A stretch of 61,597 nt of DNA, the filler included, from Globobulimina sp. (Eukaryota): the NCBI GenBank assembly GCA_003354225.1. It is 11 parts of 11 records of this genome, joined end to end, with 100 filler letters (N's around TTAATTAATTAA, not from the genome) between each part and the next. Parts side by side here need not be neighbours in the genome. Positions count along the whole stretch, not along the records: positions 22,462 to 27,972 come from PIVH01000533.1; positions 28,073 to 33,580 come from PIVH01000534.1; positions 33,681 to 39,187 come from PIVH01000535.1; 8 more parts are not named here. One strand, 5' to 3'. Both the position numbers and the translations under genes were made by a program. The notes below the pieces were generated by a model that was given only the letters and a program-made list of their open reading frames with translations, was not told the DNA's origin and did not search any database. Positions 22,462-34,076 of the stretch are shown in pieces. Position 1 is the first letter of the stretch; every line of letters starts with the position of its first letter.

Positions 22462-23800
22462 GTGGATGATAATATCGACACGGACCGCATATATGTGGAT
22501 TTTTAAAATAGCGACAATTGTCGCCATACCTACATATCTGCAATTTATCACCATCTAAATAATAATTGCTTGATTCATCAGTATAATGATTGTTGTTTGT
22601 ATTTAAAAAATTCATTAATTCAACTTGTTGCTGGTTAAATGGTGAATACGTATCATAGTAATTGTGCATATTGTGTATATTCTGTATATTATATGCTTGC
22701 TGATGGTGTGTCGGAATTTGATATCGATCCGGAATTGGAATATAATTTGATACTGATCGAGGAAATCTGTCATTAATCGAACATTGCCGTTCTTGATTGA
22801 TATGATGTGTATGATTTGTATTATGTATAGGTTGGCCAATCAAAGTCTTTTTATTTTTTAAATGGCAGTTACATGTTTTTAACACAGTGATGGTTTCATA
22901 TTGCTCGATATCTTTACATTTGCTGTCATGGTCAATAATTCTGCAACCTTTACAAATCAACGCTTTTTGATTGATTACAGATATTCCCAGTTCTAATTTT
23001 ATTTGCTCTTTAAGCATATTTAAATCAAAGTTTTTATAAATTTCGATTAATTTAACATTATTTGGTGAATCAAATGATTTCACAGTTAAATTAATACCAT
23101 TTGTTTGCGCAATAATTGTAGATTTGGACTTTATTCCTAATTCTTGTATACCGCATGTTCGATCTTTACCGATGCACGGAACGCCGAGGAAATTAAAAGT
23201 TATTTTCGTGCTCTCTGAAATGCCATATTTGTCCTTAAGGACTCGGGCATATTCATTTAATGATACACTGCCATGATATGTCGATAGCAATTTTCTATCA
23301 TTGTACGGGGCGCCAAAATTACATATTATCATGAATTTATTTTCTCCATTTCCTTCTTCATACTCTTTATTATTAATATCATTCGCCGGCGGGTTTATGT
23401 AGGATTTAAATAATTGCTGAGCTGCTAAAATTAAAATGGATTCGTTCCGAATGTTATAAAAAGATAAACTTTTTTCTGGATTTAAAATTTGTTGGCTTCT
23501 TTTCTCAATAAAACAATGTTTGTATTTTGATCCTTGTGTTTTATTAAATTCTTTTTTAATAATAAAATTTAAAATATTTTTGATGCTCACATTTGGTTTC
23601 ACTTTGATTGATATGGTTTTATCATTTTCTTTATTATAAATAAATACTTTTATTTTTGCGGTTTTATTTCCATTCTGCGGCAATTTTGCTTCCGCAGTGT
23701 ATCTCTCTTCTGATAAACTGCATGATTCCGACTCTGACGATATCGATGAAACAGGAATAATCCCATTTTTCGCTGACAGCGGTTGTTGTTGAAAGTACAT
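22462..23800 (-). CDS. Protein with tandem ubiquitin-like domains and a CCCH-type zinc finger; 3'-truncated
   Basis: ILNPEKSLSFYNIRNESILIL, IQELGIKSKSTII and LKEQIKLELGISVINQKALI are Ubl-like. CRYGDNC...CRYYHP at the end. Confidence 0.65.
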
Positions 23801-23935
23801 TTATATTATACAGAAATCCAAGTGCTTTTTATTTCTTTTTTTTCGTACAGCATACTATGATTTTTAAGTTGGTGGGTCAAGAGAATTTAATGTGAGGTAT
23901 ACTTAGCTTAGTATATTAAGTAAAGTTAGGTAAAC

Positions 23936-25306
23936 ATGGGAACTTGCTTCCAAAGTCAAAAACAAACAACATTTCAACCAATATCAAATGTGCACGTTGG
24001 AGAAGATGAAATGTTGAGCACTGAAGAGATGATTGAAACACTATTATTTGGATATATTCGTTCCATATCGAGTAATTTTAATCAATTTCATATCGAAGTT
24101 ATATCAGTATGTTCTGAGTATTACGGTAAAAAAGTGATAACTTCGATTTATCAAATATCCATCGATCGGTATGGTTTTCCTTTACAAATAACAAATTTAA
24201 ACGCATTCTATGCAATCGATGATGAAACTCATCGTACAAAGTTACGCACAGAACAGCAGTTATTGGATAAATACATGCAGTTATTCTATGGTAAAAATAT
24301 GAGTTCGTCGAAGCAAAATCTAACTCATGACACCATTATCAATAACAATAAATTAAAATCATTGATCAGAAACCATGGCATTCCACAACAATTACGAAGC
24401 ATTTTATGGCCCGCATTATTGAATATTGCTCACAAAAAACAATGTGCAGAAACAGAATCTTTATATGAAACTTTAATTAATAATGACAAGCATAAGCATC
24501 CATATCCAGCAGCAACCACTAAAACTATCAATAGAATATTTCGCAAACATTCACGCTTTGGAATGAGTGGAATAGAAAAGGAATTAAATTATGCTCCAAC
24601 CCACTTATACAAAATTAAAATACAAAACACAAATGATGTGGCTTTATGGAATCATGAATGCTTTTTTCAAAATTGTACGGATGCACAGAAACACATTTGG
24701 AACATTTCAAAAGCATTTCAATTATTTAAACCTGAATTAGGTACGATTTGTTGTGGCGGATTTATTCAAATTGCTTCATTTTTATTGTTATTTATGACAC
24801 AAGAAAACGTATTTTGGTGTTTAGTCTGTTTGGTGGAAAATCGTGATAAATATTTATGGATTCCAAACGCAACGGCATTGTCATTAAATTTTTACTGTGT
24901 TGAAAGGATGGTTGCTAAATATTTGAGTCAAATAAATAATCATTTCGTAAGAAATGAGATATGCTCTGCTTCAATGTATCAAGCAACGCTTTGGTTTGCA
25001 ACAATATTTACTTATACAACCATGGAATTTGAAGCATTGACAAGGATTTGGGATTTATATTTATTAGATGGTGGTATTGTAATTTATAAAGCTGGTCTGG
25101 GACTGTTGAAATATTATAAAGATGATATACTTCGAGCTGATTCATTTGAAGAATTGTTTAAAGTATTTCAAACCTTTGGTAATGATAAAGATTTTGATGT
25201 TGAAAGATATTTCAAGATAATAAAAGCATGGAAGTTTACAGCTAGTGATTTAAATAAAATTGTAAATGGTTATTCTGCACTGAACAATAATCAAATAAAC
25301 AACTGA
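23936..25306 (+). CDS. Rab-GAP TBC domain protein, divergent, acylation-type N-terminus
   Basis: IDRYGF, LIRNHGIPQQLRSILW, ENVFWCL, WFATIF, RIWDLYLLDG; MGTC start. Confidence 0.88.
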   Translation: MGTCFQSQKQTTFQPISNVHVGEDEMLSTEEMIETLLFGYIRSISSNFNQFHIEVISVCSEYYGKKVITSIYQISIDRYGFPLQITNLNAFYAIDDETHRTKLRTEQQLLDKYMQLFYGKNMSSSKQNLTHDTIINNNKLKSLIRNHGIPQQLRSILWPALLNIAHKKQCAETESLYETLINNDKHKHPYPAATTKTINRIFRKHSRFGMSGIEKELNYAPTHLYKIKIQNTNDVALWNHECFFQNCTDAQKHIWNISKAFQLFKPELGTICCGGFIQIASFLLLFMTQENVFWCLVCLVENRDKYLWIPNATALSLNFYCVERMVAKYLSQINNHFVRNEICSASMYQATLWFATIFTYTTMEFEALTRIWDLYLLDGGIVIYKAGLGLLKYYKDDILRADSFEELFKVFQTFGNDKDFDVERYFKIIKAWKFTASDLNKIVNGYSALNNNQINN

Positions 25307-25400
25307 AGTGAGAAAACTTTACGAGTGGAGTTGCAAATTATAATGGTACAATCCAAAAAATATATACATGCGATCTAGCTACATACATTTGAATCAATTT

Positions 25401-27180
25401 CTATGTATTTGCAGCACTTTGTTTTTCGTTGTTTTTTAAAACTGCTTGAAATCTGCAGAATGAGTATGTCAATAATTTATACATTTCATGTGTTACCATA
25501 TTAAACATTGAAAGTAATTTATTTCCATCAATATTTGCAATAATATCATCAATGTCCGTTTGGTCACCACTTTTAGTGTCAATTGCATTTATCCACAAAT
25601 CGTAGTCATTCATAAGATTTATAAATCTTGCTCTTAATCCATAACTTATATTAATTTCATATTCTGATCCTTCTGCAATATATCTCAAATATAAGTAATA
25701 TGCTTTCTGTTTTGCAATAATAATATCATCACATTTATTTTCGTCATAATTCTCCATATAAACAATCTGTGATTTTGGCACATAATCTTTAAATTCAATT
25801 TCAATCACTTTCTCATTACAACTGTCAACGCTCTCCATTCTCATTTCTAATTCAATTGTACCTCTATCTTTTTTATTGAATTTATCTTCATTTTTCTGCA
25901 AATAATTTTCAAATTGCATGATTTCAATAAACGATAAAATACATTCTGTAGAATTAAAATAGATTTACAGTTAGTTAGTATTAAAAAACACGAAAACACG
26001 AAAACACAAAAACAAGACAACACGCGCTCGAAAAACAAAATAAAATGTAATTATACAACAAACCAAGACTGTATTCAGCATTTAGATGAATAACAAAGGC
26101 ATTGAATGTTTGCTCATTTTGCAATAGTTCGATAACATTTCGCTTATTGATTGGATTCGCGATCGATTCTTTATTGTTAACGTTTGTTTGCATTGAAGTT
26201 TCACTGAAAAATCTGTTTGTTTTCGGTAACTTTGATAACTCAGTATTGTCCATGAATGATTTTAAACGCGATGGTAAATATTCGATATCTGAGTAATCGG
26301 ATACATATTTTATTGCAAGCAATGTATTTTTCATCCACATCACCAAATGATCCAAAATCCATTTTGTATGGATCATTGCTATTGAAAATAACCAAAATGC
26401 TGCACTGAAACACATAATAAGTGCAAATGTACGATGCATGCCAACAATCGCACTGATAATTGTTATCCATAAATAACAACTTAGAGACATAATAATCGCA
26501 ATGTTAATCCGTTTCATTTCGTCATTTATATGCATCTCATCACCAAATTTGGGTGTTTTGCGATATAAAACCAAAAATAAAAGGTATGGCCAAAGAAAAG
26601 AAATAAAATCAATGACCAATGCAATATGATAACCAATATAATGATCAATAAACCAAACAAAAATGGATATTGTACAACTTACACAATACATAAAAAATAT
26701 TCGCTTTCCAATAAAATATGTTGAACCGAGTGATGATTTATTGTTTAAATACCAATTATTTTCGGTTTCTTTTGATTCAAATTCTGGATCGATAATACAT
26801 TTCCATCTCGAGTCAAGATGTATATTTAACATTGAATCAAAATAAAAATGCCATGTTCTCCATAGTAAACAGTAAAGTGCTGCATAACAAGTGAGTGGCT
26901 GCGAAAATATTGTAAAATTCCATAAATATTCATATACAATACTTTTTTCTGAAATACATCGATAAAATGTAATAACAGAGAAGTTGATGCTAATGCTTAA
27001 TATAATAGAAATGATCTGAATTAGTGTAACTGTCGGATAGCGCTTAGAAATGTAAACTGTTTCCCGATATTTAAGGTACTTTCGGAGGTACCAAATTAAT
27101 AATATTACGTACAAGGAATAAATAGTAATGATTGAGATAAACACTTCATATGGAACTACCATTTCGATTGTAGTCGACAT
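25401..27180 (-). CDS. 7TM-RGS protein (two exons, intron 25946-26063)
   Basis: About seven TM segments. Splicing restores FVIHLNAEYSLECILSFIE (RGS core). AYYLYLRYIAEGSEYEINIS in exon 2. TACTAAC branch point in the intron. Confidence 0.88.
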
Positions 27181-27247
27181 AATTGTTTTTTGCTACAGTA
27201 GTGAATTCTTTTCACATTATCTCATTTCATTTTTCTACTGCCGCCAA

Positions 27248-27972
27248 ATGGCTGAACACAAAAATGACGACAATCCAAATGTAGATGGATTGATAAACAA
27301 TTTCATCACTAAGCACCAACATAGACATACACCATCAAAAGCATCTGATTACAAAATTATCAAAATAATCAACAAAGGCGCATTTGGTGAAGTAAGAATT
27401 GTTAGCAATGAAAGTAATGTATTTATATGTAAAATAATTACAAAGAAACTACTCCAAGCAAAAAAGTCCAATCACGATATTGTTTACAAAGACAGCAGTA
27501 ACGAATTTGTATTACGATTAAATCACACATTTCAAGACGCAAACTATTTATATTTGATCATGCCATATTGCGGAGGTGGCGATTTAATGGCTTTATTAAT
27601 TAAAATGGACAATATATCGGAGAAGCTAACTCGTTTTTATATTTCTCAAGTTTCAGCAGCAATCCATTATATCCATGACAAATTGGATTCATTTATCCGC
27701 GATTTAACACCGAAAAATATATTAATTTGTAATGATGGCCATATTCGATTGAATTATCTTCATTCATTGCACCAATCATTCCAATCAACAAATGATACAC
27801 AAATGAATATTTGGAGAGAATATGTGGCCACAACAAAAGTTATGAAACAGACAGACATATCACAAGATTCACAACCAAATGTGAATGGGAAACACTTCTA
27901 TGATACTGTGGGTGTTCCGGATTATATGGCAGTTGAAGTGCTACATACAAATAAAGGTAACGCTAAGAAAGT
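27248..27972 (+). CDS. NDR/LATS-like AGC kinase-fold protein, probable pseudokinase; 3'-truncated
   Basis: KGAFGEV, FQDANYLYLIMPYCGGGDLM and VGVPDYMAVE are present. HRDLKPxN is altered to IRDLTPKN and DFG is absent. Confidence 0.8.
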
Positions 27973-28072
27973 NNNNNNNNNNNNNNNNNNNNNNNNNNNN
28001 NNNNNNNNNNNNNNNNTTAATTAATTAANNNNNNNNNNNNNNNNNNNNNNNNNNNNNNNNNNNNNNNNNNNN
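27973..28072. other. Artificial contig linker
   Basis: N44-TTAATTAATTAA-N44. Confidence 0.99.
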
Positions 28073-28073
28073 A

Positions 28074-30050
28074 AGTAATCGGAATAAAAATAAAAAGAAC
28101 ATTAAAGTGCAAAGCAACAAGTTGAACAAAGCTATTTTGCATACTATCAAAATCAAACAAGAACGCACCGCTGCCAATGTTAATAATATCTCACCCAAAT
28201 CAGCTTCGATTGCTTCGTTCAGTGCCTCGCCGCCGAAAAATATCATGTTGAATGGCAATGGCAATGGCAGTGCCAATGGAAATGTCAACTCTTTATTGCA
28301 AATCTACGACATTGCTGCGGATAAATTGTTGATTTTTGGTGCGAGTATAACCAATGCATCGGAAATTAAAGAGATTACGAAAAAAATCCAGCGATCCTCG
28401 CAGTTTATGTATGCGCAGACGGTGCTGAATGAGCGGGATATTATTTCAGTGTGGAAGAATATTATTTCTTTTTTTATTACAAATCCAAAACATTATATCA
28501 TTCATTTAGACTATGTTTGCGAATTAATATTAACATTAATCAAATATCATTCGTACATAATTCCATTATCTTTCTTCTTGAAATTACCCGTCTCAGTCCT
28601 GTTGGAATTGGGTTCGGGTCAGTTTAGTATTAAAATAATCGAAGCATTCTTGGATATAAAATACGAACCATTCCACCAACAGTTTCAAACAGTGTTAATA
28701 CATAATATCGACAGTATTATCGCGCATAATTTCGGTGGCAATTTAATTAAAATGGCGTTCAAGAAATTGTGTAAATCGTCGCTGTATAACATTGTGCAAG
28801 TTATTGACAAGAAAAATTATAAGCAGCTGTCAAAGGAATTGATTCCAATCATTCGCAATCGGCAACAAACTGTGACTGAGGTTCAGCTTAAAAAGCAAGC
28901 CTCGCCGTCGCCATCACAGTCATTGGAAGAGATGCTGCATAAAACACATTCAAATACGGATTGCTCCCATGCCCCCACAAAGATTCTTGTCTCCCCGACG
29001 CCGTCTTGTACGCCTATACCGCCTCCACCGCCGCCACGGAAGCCACCGCCATTGGAATATGATGGCAATGGGAATGGGAATAAGCGGACACTGAATGGGC
29101 TGGAATATCCGGCAAAGAAAAAGGCAAAGTTATGTCATGTGCCATTAGACCCGCGGTTACATCGCAATAATTCGAGTGGCAAAGCAGTGAAAATTGTGCA
29201 TAAGAAACGCAAGAATTCGCATAAAATGTTGTATTATGAATGGAATGTGAATGTGGAGGGCATTGTGAAACAGGCGGAACGTTGTATTGCTGCGGTGGTG
29301 GACAATAAGTTGAGTCTGGAAATGTTGAGCAAAAACGTTATTTGTTTGGTTCAATCGTTGTCAGAAAGATTTGATGGGTACGAATTTGAAAGATATTTGT
29401 TGCCGTATTTTGAGGGGATAAAGAAGAGAGAAAATAAGATCTGCTTTGATATGAAATTCTATGTGGATATGTTGGAGATTATGGAGATTGTATTTAAGAT
29501 TCCAGAGAGTATATACACTGTGATTGAGATTCGTAAAAATGACAGGAATGTTATGCAAAAGTTGCGCAATATTTGCAAACAAGAAACGATTTTGTTTCTG
29601 AATGCTGAAAATAACAATTATTCATTTTGCGTTTGTTCGCAGAGTTTAGGGATTGTCCAAATTAATGCTGATTTTACGAAAATATTTGATGGTTTGATTA
29701 ATAATTGCAATAAATATGAGAATGAATGTATTAATCATTTTTCATCCGTCTATAATTTGTGGAAAATGAAAGGGATTTATAATAATAATAATTATGTTGA
29801 CGATTGGATCAATTGTTTCATTGCCTATTTGTATTTGGTGTTGGATGTTTGCCAGATTACTTACCATAAAATCACAAACAAATATTTGAGCAAATTGAGG
29901 AATGTTTCATTCGATTCGTGGAATTATTTATTGCCGATTCGCGTTTTGCATTTTATTTTTGAAAATATCAAACAAGTGGATGCAAGCAGCAAAATTGCAA
30001 AGATTAAGCCAAATTTTTATAGAGAACTTCCAATCATTAATGGACATTGA
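28074..30050 (+). CDS. Hypothetical protein, helical with Pro-rich linker and basic NLS-like motif; 5'-truncated
   Basis: Frame is open from the contig start for >650 codons. PPPPPPRKPP, PAKKKAK, DPR. No family recognised. Confidence 0.65.
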   Translation, partial: SNRNKNKKNIKVQSNKLNKAILHTIKIKQERTAANVNNISPKSASIASFSASPPKNIMLNGNGNGSANGNVNSLLQIYDIAADKLLIFGASITNASEIKEITKKIQRSSQFMYAQTVLNERDIISVWKNIISFFITNPKHYIIHLDYVCELILTLIKYHSYIIPLSFFLKLPVSVLLELGSGQFSIKIIEAFLDIKYEPFHQQFQTVLIHNIDSIIAHNFGGNLIKMAFKKLCKSSLYNIVQVIDKKNYKQLSKELIPIIRNRQQTVTEVQLKKQASPSPSQSLEEMLHKTHSNTDCSHAPTKILVSPTPSCTPIPPPPPPRKPPPLEYDGNGNGNKRTLNGLEYPAKKKAKLCHVPLDPRLHRNNSSGKAVKIVHKKRKNSHKMLYYEWNVNVEGIVKQAERCIAAVVDNKLSLEMLSKNVICLVQSLSERFDGYEFERYLLPYFEGIKKRENKICFDMKFYVDMLEIMEIVFKIPESIYTVIEIRKNDRNVMQKLRNICKQETILFLNAENNNYSFCVCSQSLGIVQINADFTKIFDGLINNCNKYENECINHFSSVYNLWKMKGIYNNNNYVDDWINCFIAYLYLVLDVCQITYHKITNKYLSKLRNVSFDSWNYLLPIRVLHFIFENIKQVDASSKIAKIKPNFYRELPIINGH

Positions 30051-30220
30051 TAGATTTTTTTATATCTTTATTTGACTATTATTCATTGTTTAATTTAATA
30101 ATTCTGTTACTTCCAAATGTTTAATTAGACGACCAAGAAACGGTTTGCATAAAACCCGATTGTCAGCAAGAATGAACAATTAGATTTCAGTTTTTCTAAT
30201 TTTTTCAAGTGCAAAGTATC

Positions 30221-30578
30221 ATGTCAACTTCTATGAAAATGTACGATATGGAAGAAGTTAAAAAACACAATTCAATTGAAAAAGGAGTTTGGGTTGCAAT
30301 ACATGGAAATGTTTATGATATAACAGAATTTATCAAACAAGATCTCCACGCACCAGCTGTTAACGCATATTTTGGCCAAGACGCAACAAAGGCATTCAGC
30401 AGTGGCCCCGGTAAGTCAGATATATATATTTAAAAACTACACAGTTTGCAATTGTATTATGTATAAATATATAGCAAAACTACCAGGACCAGTGCCGCAT
30501 TCAGATTATGCTAAAAAATTGTTGGCAACATTTAAAATTGGCGAATTAAAAGGTGCTAAAAAAAAATCCAAAATATAA
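30221..30578 (+). CDS. Small soluble cytochrome b5-like heme protein (intron 30411-30474)
   Basis: EEVKKHN..WVAIHGNVYDITEF..H..GQDAT..F, spliced (gtaagt..atag) to PHSDYAKKLL..FKIG. Confidence 0.88.
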
Positions 30579-30876
30579 TAAAAAACAATAATCTTTTATT
30601 GGACAAAGATTCAGAATAAGAAAGAAAATATTTTAGAAAAGTAACATAAACTTGCATTATTCATAAATAATAACTATTCTACCCGTTAATCCATACGATG
30701 CTCGTAATTGCCTCGTATGCAGTGTCAAATCTCAACAACGTTTCAAATCTCAAAGTGTGGCGATCTGACGCTGAAATGTTTCTATTTTCTCGTTGGTTGC
30801 CAACAACGAGCCCATTCTTTGTGCAACAGCTTAAAACTTTGGTGAACAAAACGCATTAAATAACAAAAGGAAATTA

Positions 30877-32418
30877 TCAATCACACTCTTGTTCATCACC
30901 ACTGCTATTTGCATCAACTTTACAATACATTTTACTCGGTTTATATATTTGAAGAGCATCCATTCTTTTTTTCATCATTGCTGTTTTTCGTTGGTGCGTC
31001 AAATCCGTCATAGATAAACAAAACGCATCAGGCGCTATATCAACAAAATCAATTGTTGGTTTTAATGAATACACAATGACATAGACAGACGATAAGCACA
31101 TTACTGTTGCAATAATATAGGGAAATGATGGAAATCCCATTGATTTAAACAACGAATATAAATACGCAAAACAAAATGGCGCAATTGCGTAGGTTAAGCC
31201 TCGACACGCAAATATTATCCCCATCCCGATTCCTTGTTCATGCGGTGATAAATATTTAGTAGCAATGCTATATAACGACGGAAAGACCATAAATCCCAAT
31301 GACAATACAAACGCAGTGAGACAAACAATTACAATGTGCGGTATCCATGAAATAACTGCAAACATAAACATTGAAAGGGATATTAACAGTGAACCAATGA
31401 TTGTTATTTCATAATCACTGAATCTCTTTTTTAAATATGGCAATAACAAGCTGTTACAAACAACCATTCCTAAGCCACAAATCAATATAAATGTACCTGT
31501 GATCATATGTGCTTTTGTTTTATCATTTATTTGTAGCTGGTCTAACATGTAAGGAATGGCTGTATCAATAACGCCCGTTTCTGGCAATGAGATCACAAAA
31601 CTGATAATGCAGCATTTGTAAACTATGGGATGGGCCGTAATATGGGTCAATGGTTCAAATGGATTGAATGTCGAAGTTGATAACGGTTTGCGATTCTGTT
31701 CGGATAAAGATTCATTTATAAAGAAGAATGTATAGAACATTAATAAGAAATATATCATGGTTATGATGAGAAAATTAACGTAATCACTCCATATGACAGA
31801 GATAAGAATGGCAGATATTGCGCCCATAAATAAGCCTAAACCGCCCATTACATACATTAAACCGAATGCAACTGTCCGTTTTTGCGAGGGAATGATATCG
31901 GAGATATATGCAATCATTATTGGTGTGGCGGAATTATTGCTTCCATTTAAGCCGCCAAATAAATAAAAGAAAAAATATGGATACATATTGTACCAAAATA
32001 GCAATGCTAATATTGGCAAAGCATTGGTTATGATATGTAAATAGAGGAATCTTTTTCTACCAAAGGCATCGGATAAGCGACCAATATAACCAGCGAACAG
32101 AAACGAAATAACTCCGCGTAGTGATAAAAAAAATGAATTCCATAATGTCCATTGTGTGTAATTATAAGTACATTTTTGCGAATGGATAGCATCACTGTCA
32201 CAGTCTTGTAAGGCAAACCATTCTGCACCGTATGCAGCCATAAAAACACCTGGCATGTAACCAGCCGCAATGTATAAACAAATCATTGGTAGTAATGGCG
32301 TGTATGTTTTATATGAAAGAATTGATTTAATTTCTTCTAACACTGATTCATGTTTCTCATTCACTGATTCATTGACTTTCACATTCTTTGTCAGTGAGTT
32401 ACTTTCATTCTCAGACAT
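30877..32418 (-). CDS. MFS transporter, HIAT1/MFSD14/TetA-like
   Basis: Motif A GRLSDAFGRK, AYISD, FINESL, EQG..G, about 12 TMs. Confidence 0.9.
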   Translation of the reverse strand: MSENESNSLTKNVKVNESVNEKHESVLEEIKSILSYKTYTPLLPMICLYIAAGYMPGVFMAAYGAEWFALQDCDSDAIHSQKCTYNYTQWTLWNSFFLSLRGVISFLFAGYIGRLSDAFGRKRFLYLHIITNALPILALLFWYNMYPYFFFYLFGGLNGSNNSATPIMIAYISDIIPSQKRTVAFGLMYVMGGLGLFMGAISAILISVIWSDYVNFLIITMIYFLLMFYTFFFINESLSEQNRKPLSTSTFNPFEPLTHITAHPIVYKCCIISFVISLPETGVIDTAIPYMLDQLQINDKTKAHMITGTFILICGLGMVVCNSLLLPYLKKRFSDYEITIIGSLLISLSMFMFAVISWIPHIVIVCLTAFVLSLGFMVFPSLYSIATKYLSPHEQGIGMGIIFACRGLTYAIAPFCFAYLYSLFKSMGFPSFPYIIATVMCLSSVYVIVYSLKPTIDFVDIAPDAFCLSMTDLTHQRKTAMMKKRMDALQIYKPSKMYCKVDANSSGDEQECD

Positions 32419-32513
32419 ATTTGATAATATTAGTATAGGATTGTTATGAAGATAGGAGTGTTTTTAGTGTAAAAAAACTTTGGTGAAAAGATTTTATTAA
32501 TCGTCAAAAAAGC

Positions 32514-32837
32514 ATGTCACGTAAGGCTTTATTTAATATCCAAGTGAGATATTTTCGGAATAAAGTAAGAACTGGTAAATTTGGACCTCGTTGGTTTTTT
32601 AAAGTGTGTGAATTATCATGAAATTTCAAATAAAAATAATGTATTAATATTGCAATTGCATATTGTATTAAGGGCCGTGGATGTTTGTCCTTAGGCTCTA
32701 AAGATGCATCTGGGAAATATCGAATGGGTGTCTCATCATCTGGAAACAAGAAGGATTTGAATGAATTGTTGGATGTTAAATTTCCAAATTTGGATGGATT
32801 CAGATTAAAACCTTATGTTGCATGGCAAGACCAATAA
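32514..32837 (+). CDS. MRPL41: Mitochondrial ribosomal protein mL41 (yeast MRPL27), two exons, intron 32604-32672
   Basis: Spliced product MSRKALF..TGKFGPRWFFK|GRGCLSLG...GKY...PNLDGFRLKPYV matches the mL41 signature. Missed by the ORF track. Confidence 0.85.
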
Positions 32838-33020
32838 GCGCAGATATTGTAATCGGTCACAAACGCATTTTTCTATAAAGTCCGGTTTGAATCATTTGTT
32901 ATTGTCTATAGTTAGATTATTTAACACCTATTCCTCACAAATGTGCTATAGCCCTCACTGACTTTTATTTTGGCATCAATATTTTTGTTTTAATGTTAAA
33001 ATGTTGCAGATTATTAAACA

Positions 33021-33580
33021 ATGTCAACGTTATTAAGCTTAGATAATGACACATTTTCTTGTATTTGTCAGTATTTAAAAATAAATGAGTTAGTAAAATT
33101 AGAACAATGTAATAAATTATTATTAAATACAATTAAATCGTCACCACATTGCCTGGTATCCTTAAATTATCCGGAATGTAATGTATATTTGAAATCAACA
33201 CTAAAAGCTTTTGATCGTTTATCATGCGTTAAAAAATTATATTTAAACAATATGGAGCATTTGTTGTTTGTGCTGCAAACAACAGATCTAAAAAAAATGT
33301 TTAATCATTTAACCCATTTAACAATTCATTCAATTGATCCGTCAGATGTTAGTTTACCAGATTTATGTCCAGAATGCACTCAAAAACATTTCAATGCAAA
33401 TATTAATCCTAAATGTGTAAAAAAAAGAGATCAACATTTAACTATTAATAATGCTCATAGCAATATTAAAATAACGCGGCACATTGCACATTCTCAATCA
33501 TTACAATCATTAATTGTAGTCGCCTCCGCGACGCACAAGAGAAGAATTGAGCCTTGGCTATACTCTGATTTTATTTTATT
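33021..33580 (+). CDS. F-box-like / LRR-like protein, 3'-truncated
   Basis: LLSLDNDTFSCICQYLKINELVKLEQCNK is F-box-like, followed by LxxLxL repeats. Confidence 0.6.
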
Positions 33581-33680
33581 NNNNNNNNNNNNNNNNNNNN
33601 NNNNNNNNNNNNNNNNNNNNNNNNTTAATTAATTAANNNNNNNNNNNNNNNNNNNNNNNNNNNNNNNNNNNNNNNNNNNN
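33581..33680. other. Artificial contig linker
   Basis: N44-TTAATTAATTAA-N44. Confidence 0.99.
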
Positions 33681-34076
33681 GAATATGTATAAAATTTGTA
33701 TACAATAAGAACACTTTGTATGTAAAGCGTGAACAGCAAATTCCCAGATCAAACAAAATTAAATGGAGAGTTAAACTGCAGGAGAAGGGCAGACTGAGTT
33801 CACTTGTCCGAAATTATGTAAACAAAAAGGGAATTTAACTGATCAAAATTGAAAGTTGAAGGCATTCCTTTCTTAATAAATTGAGTAAGTTCAAGGAAGG
33901 TTTCAATCAACAAGAACTGTTTAAAATGAGTATAAAACAGCAAAAGACAATAAGTTGAGAAACGAAAAGAAAGTTGAAGATAAAAGTTGGAGGTTTTTCT
34001 AAGTTGTTCAGTTTACAAAGTTAAATGTAGGGTTTCAATGTAGGAGGGAGAGAGGAGAGGGAGCAATCGCTGAGAG

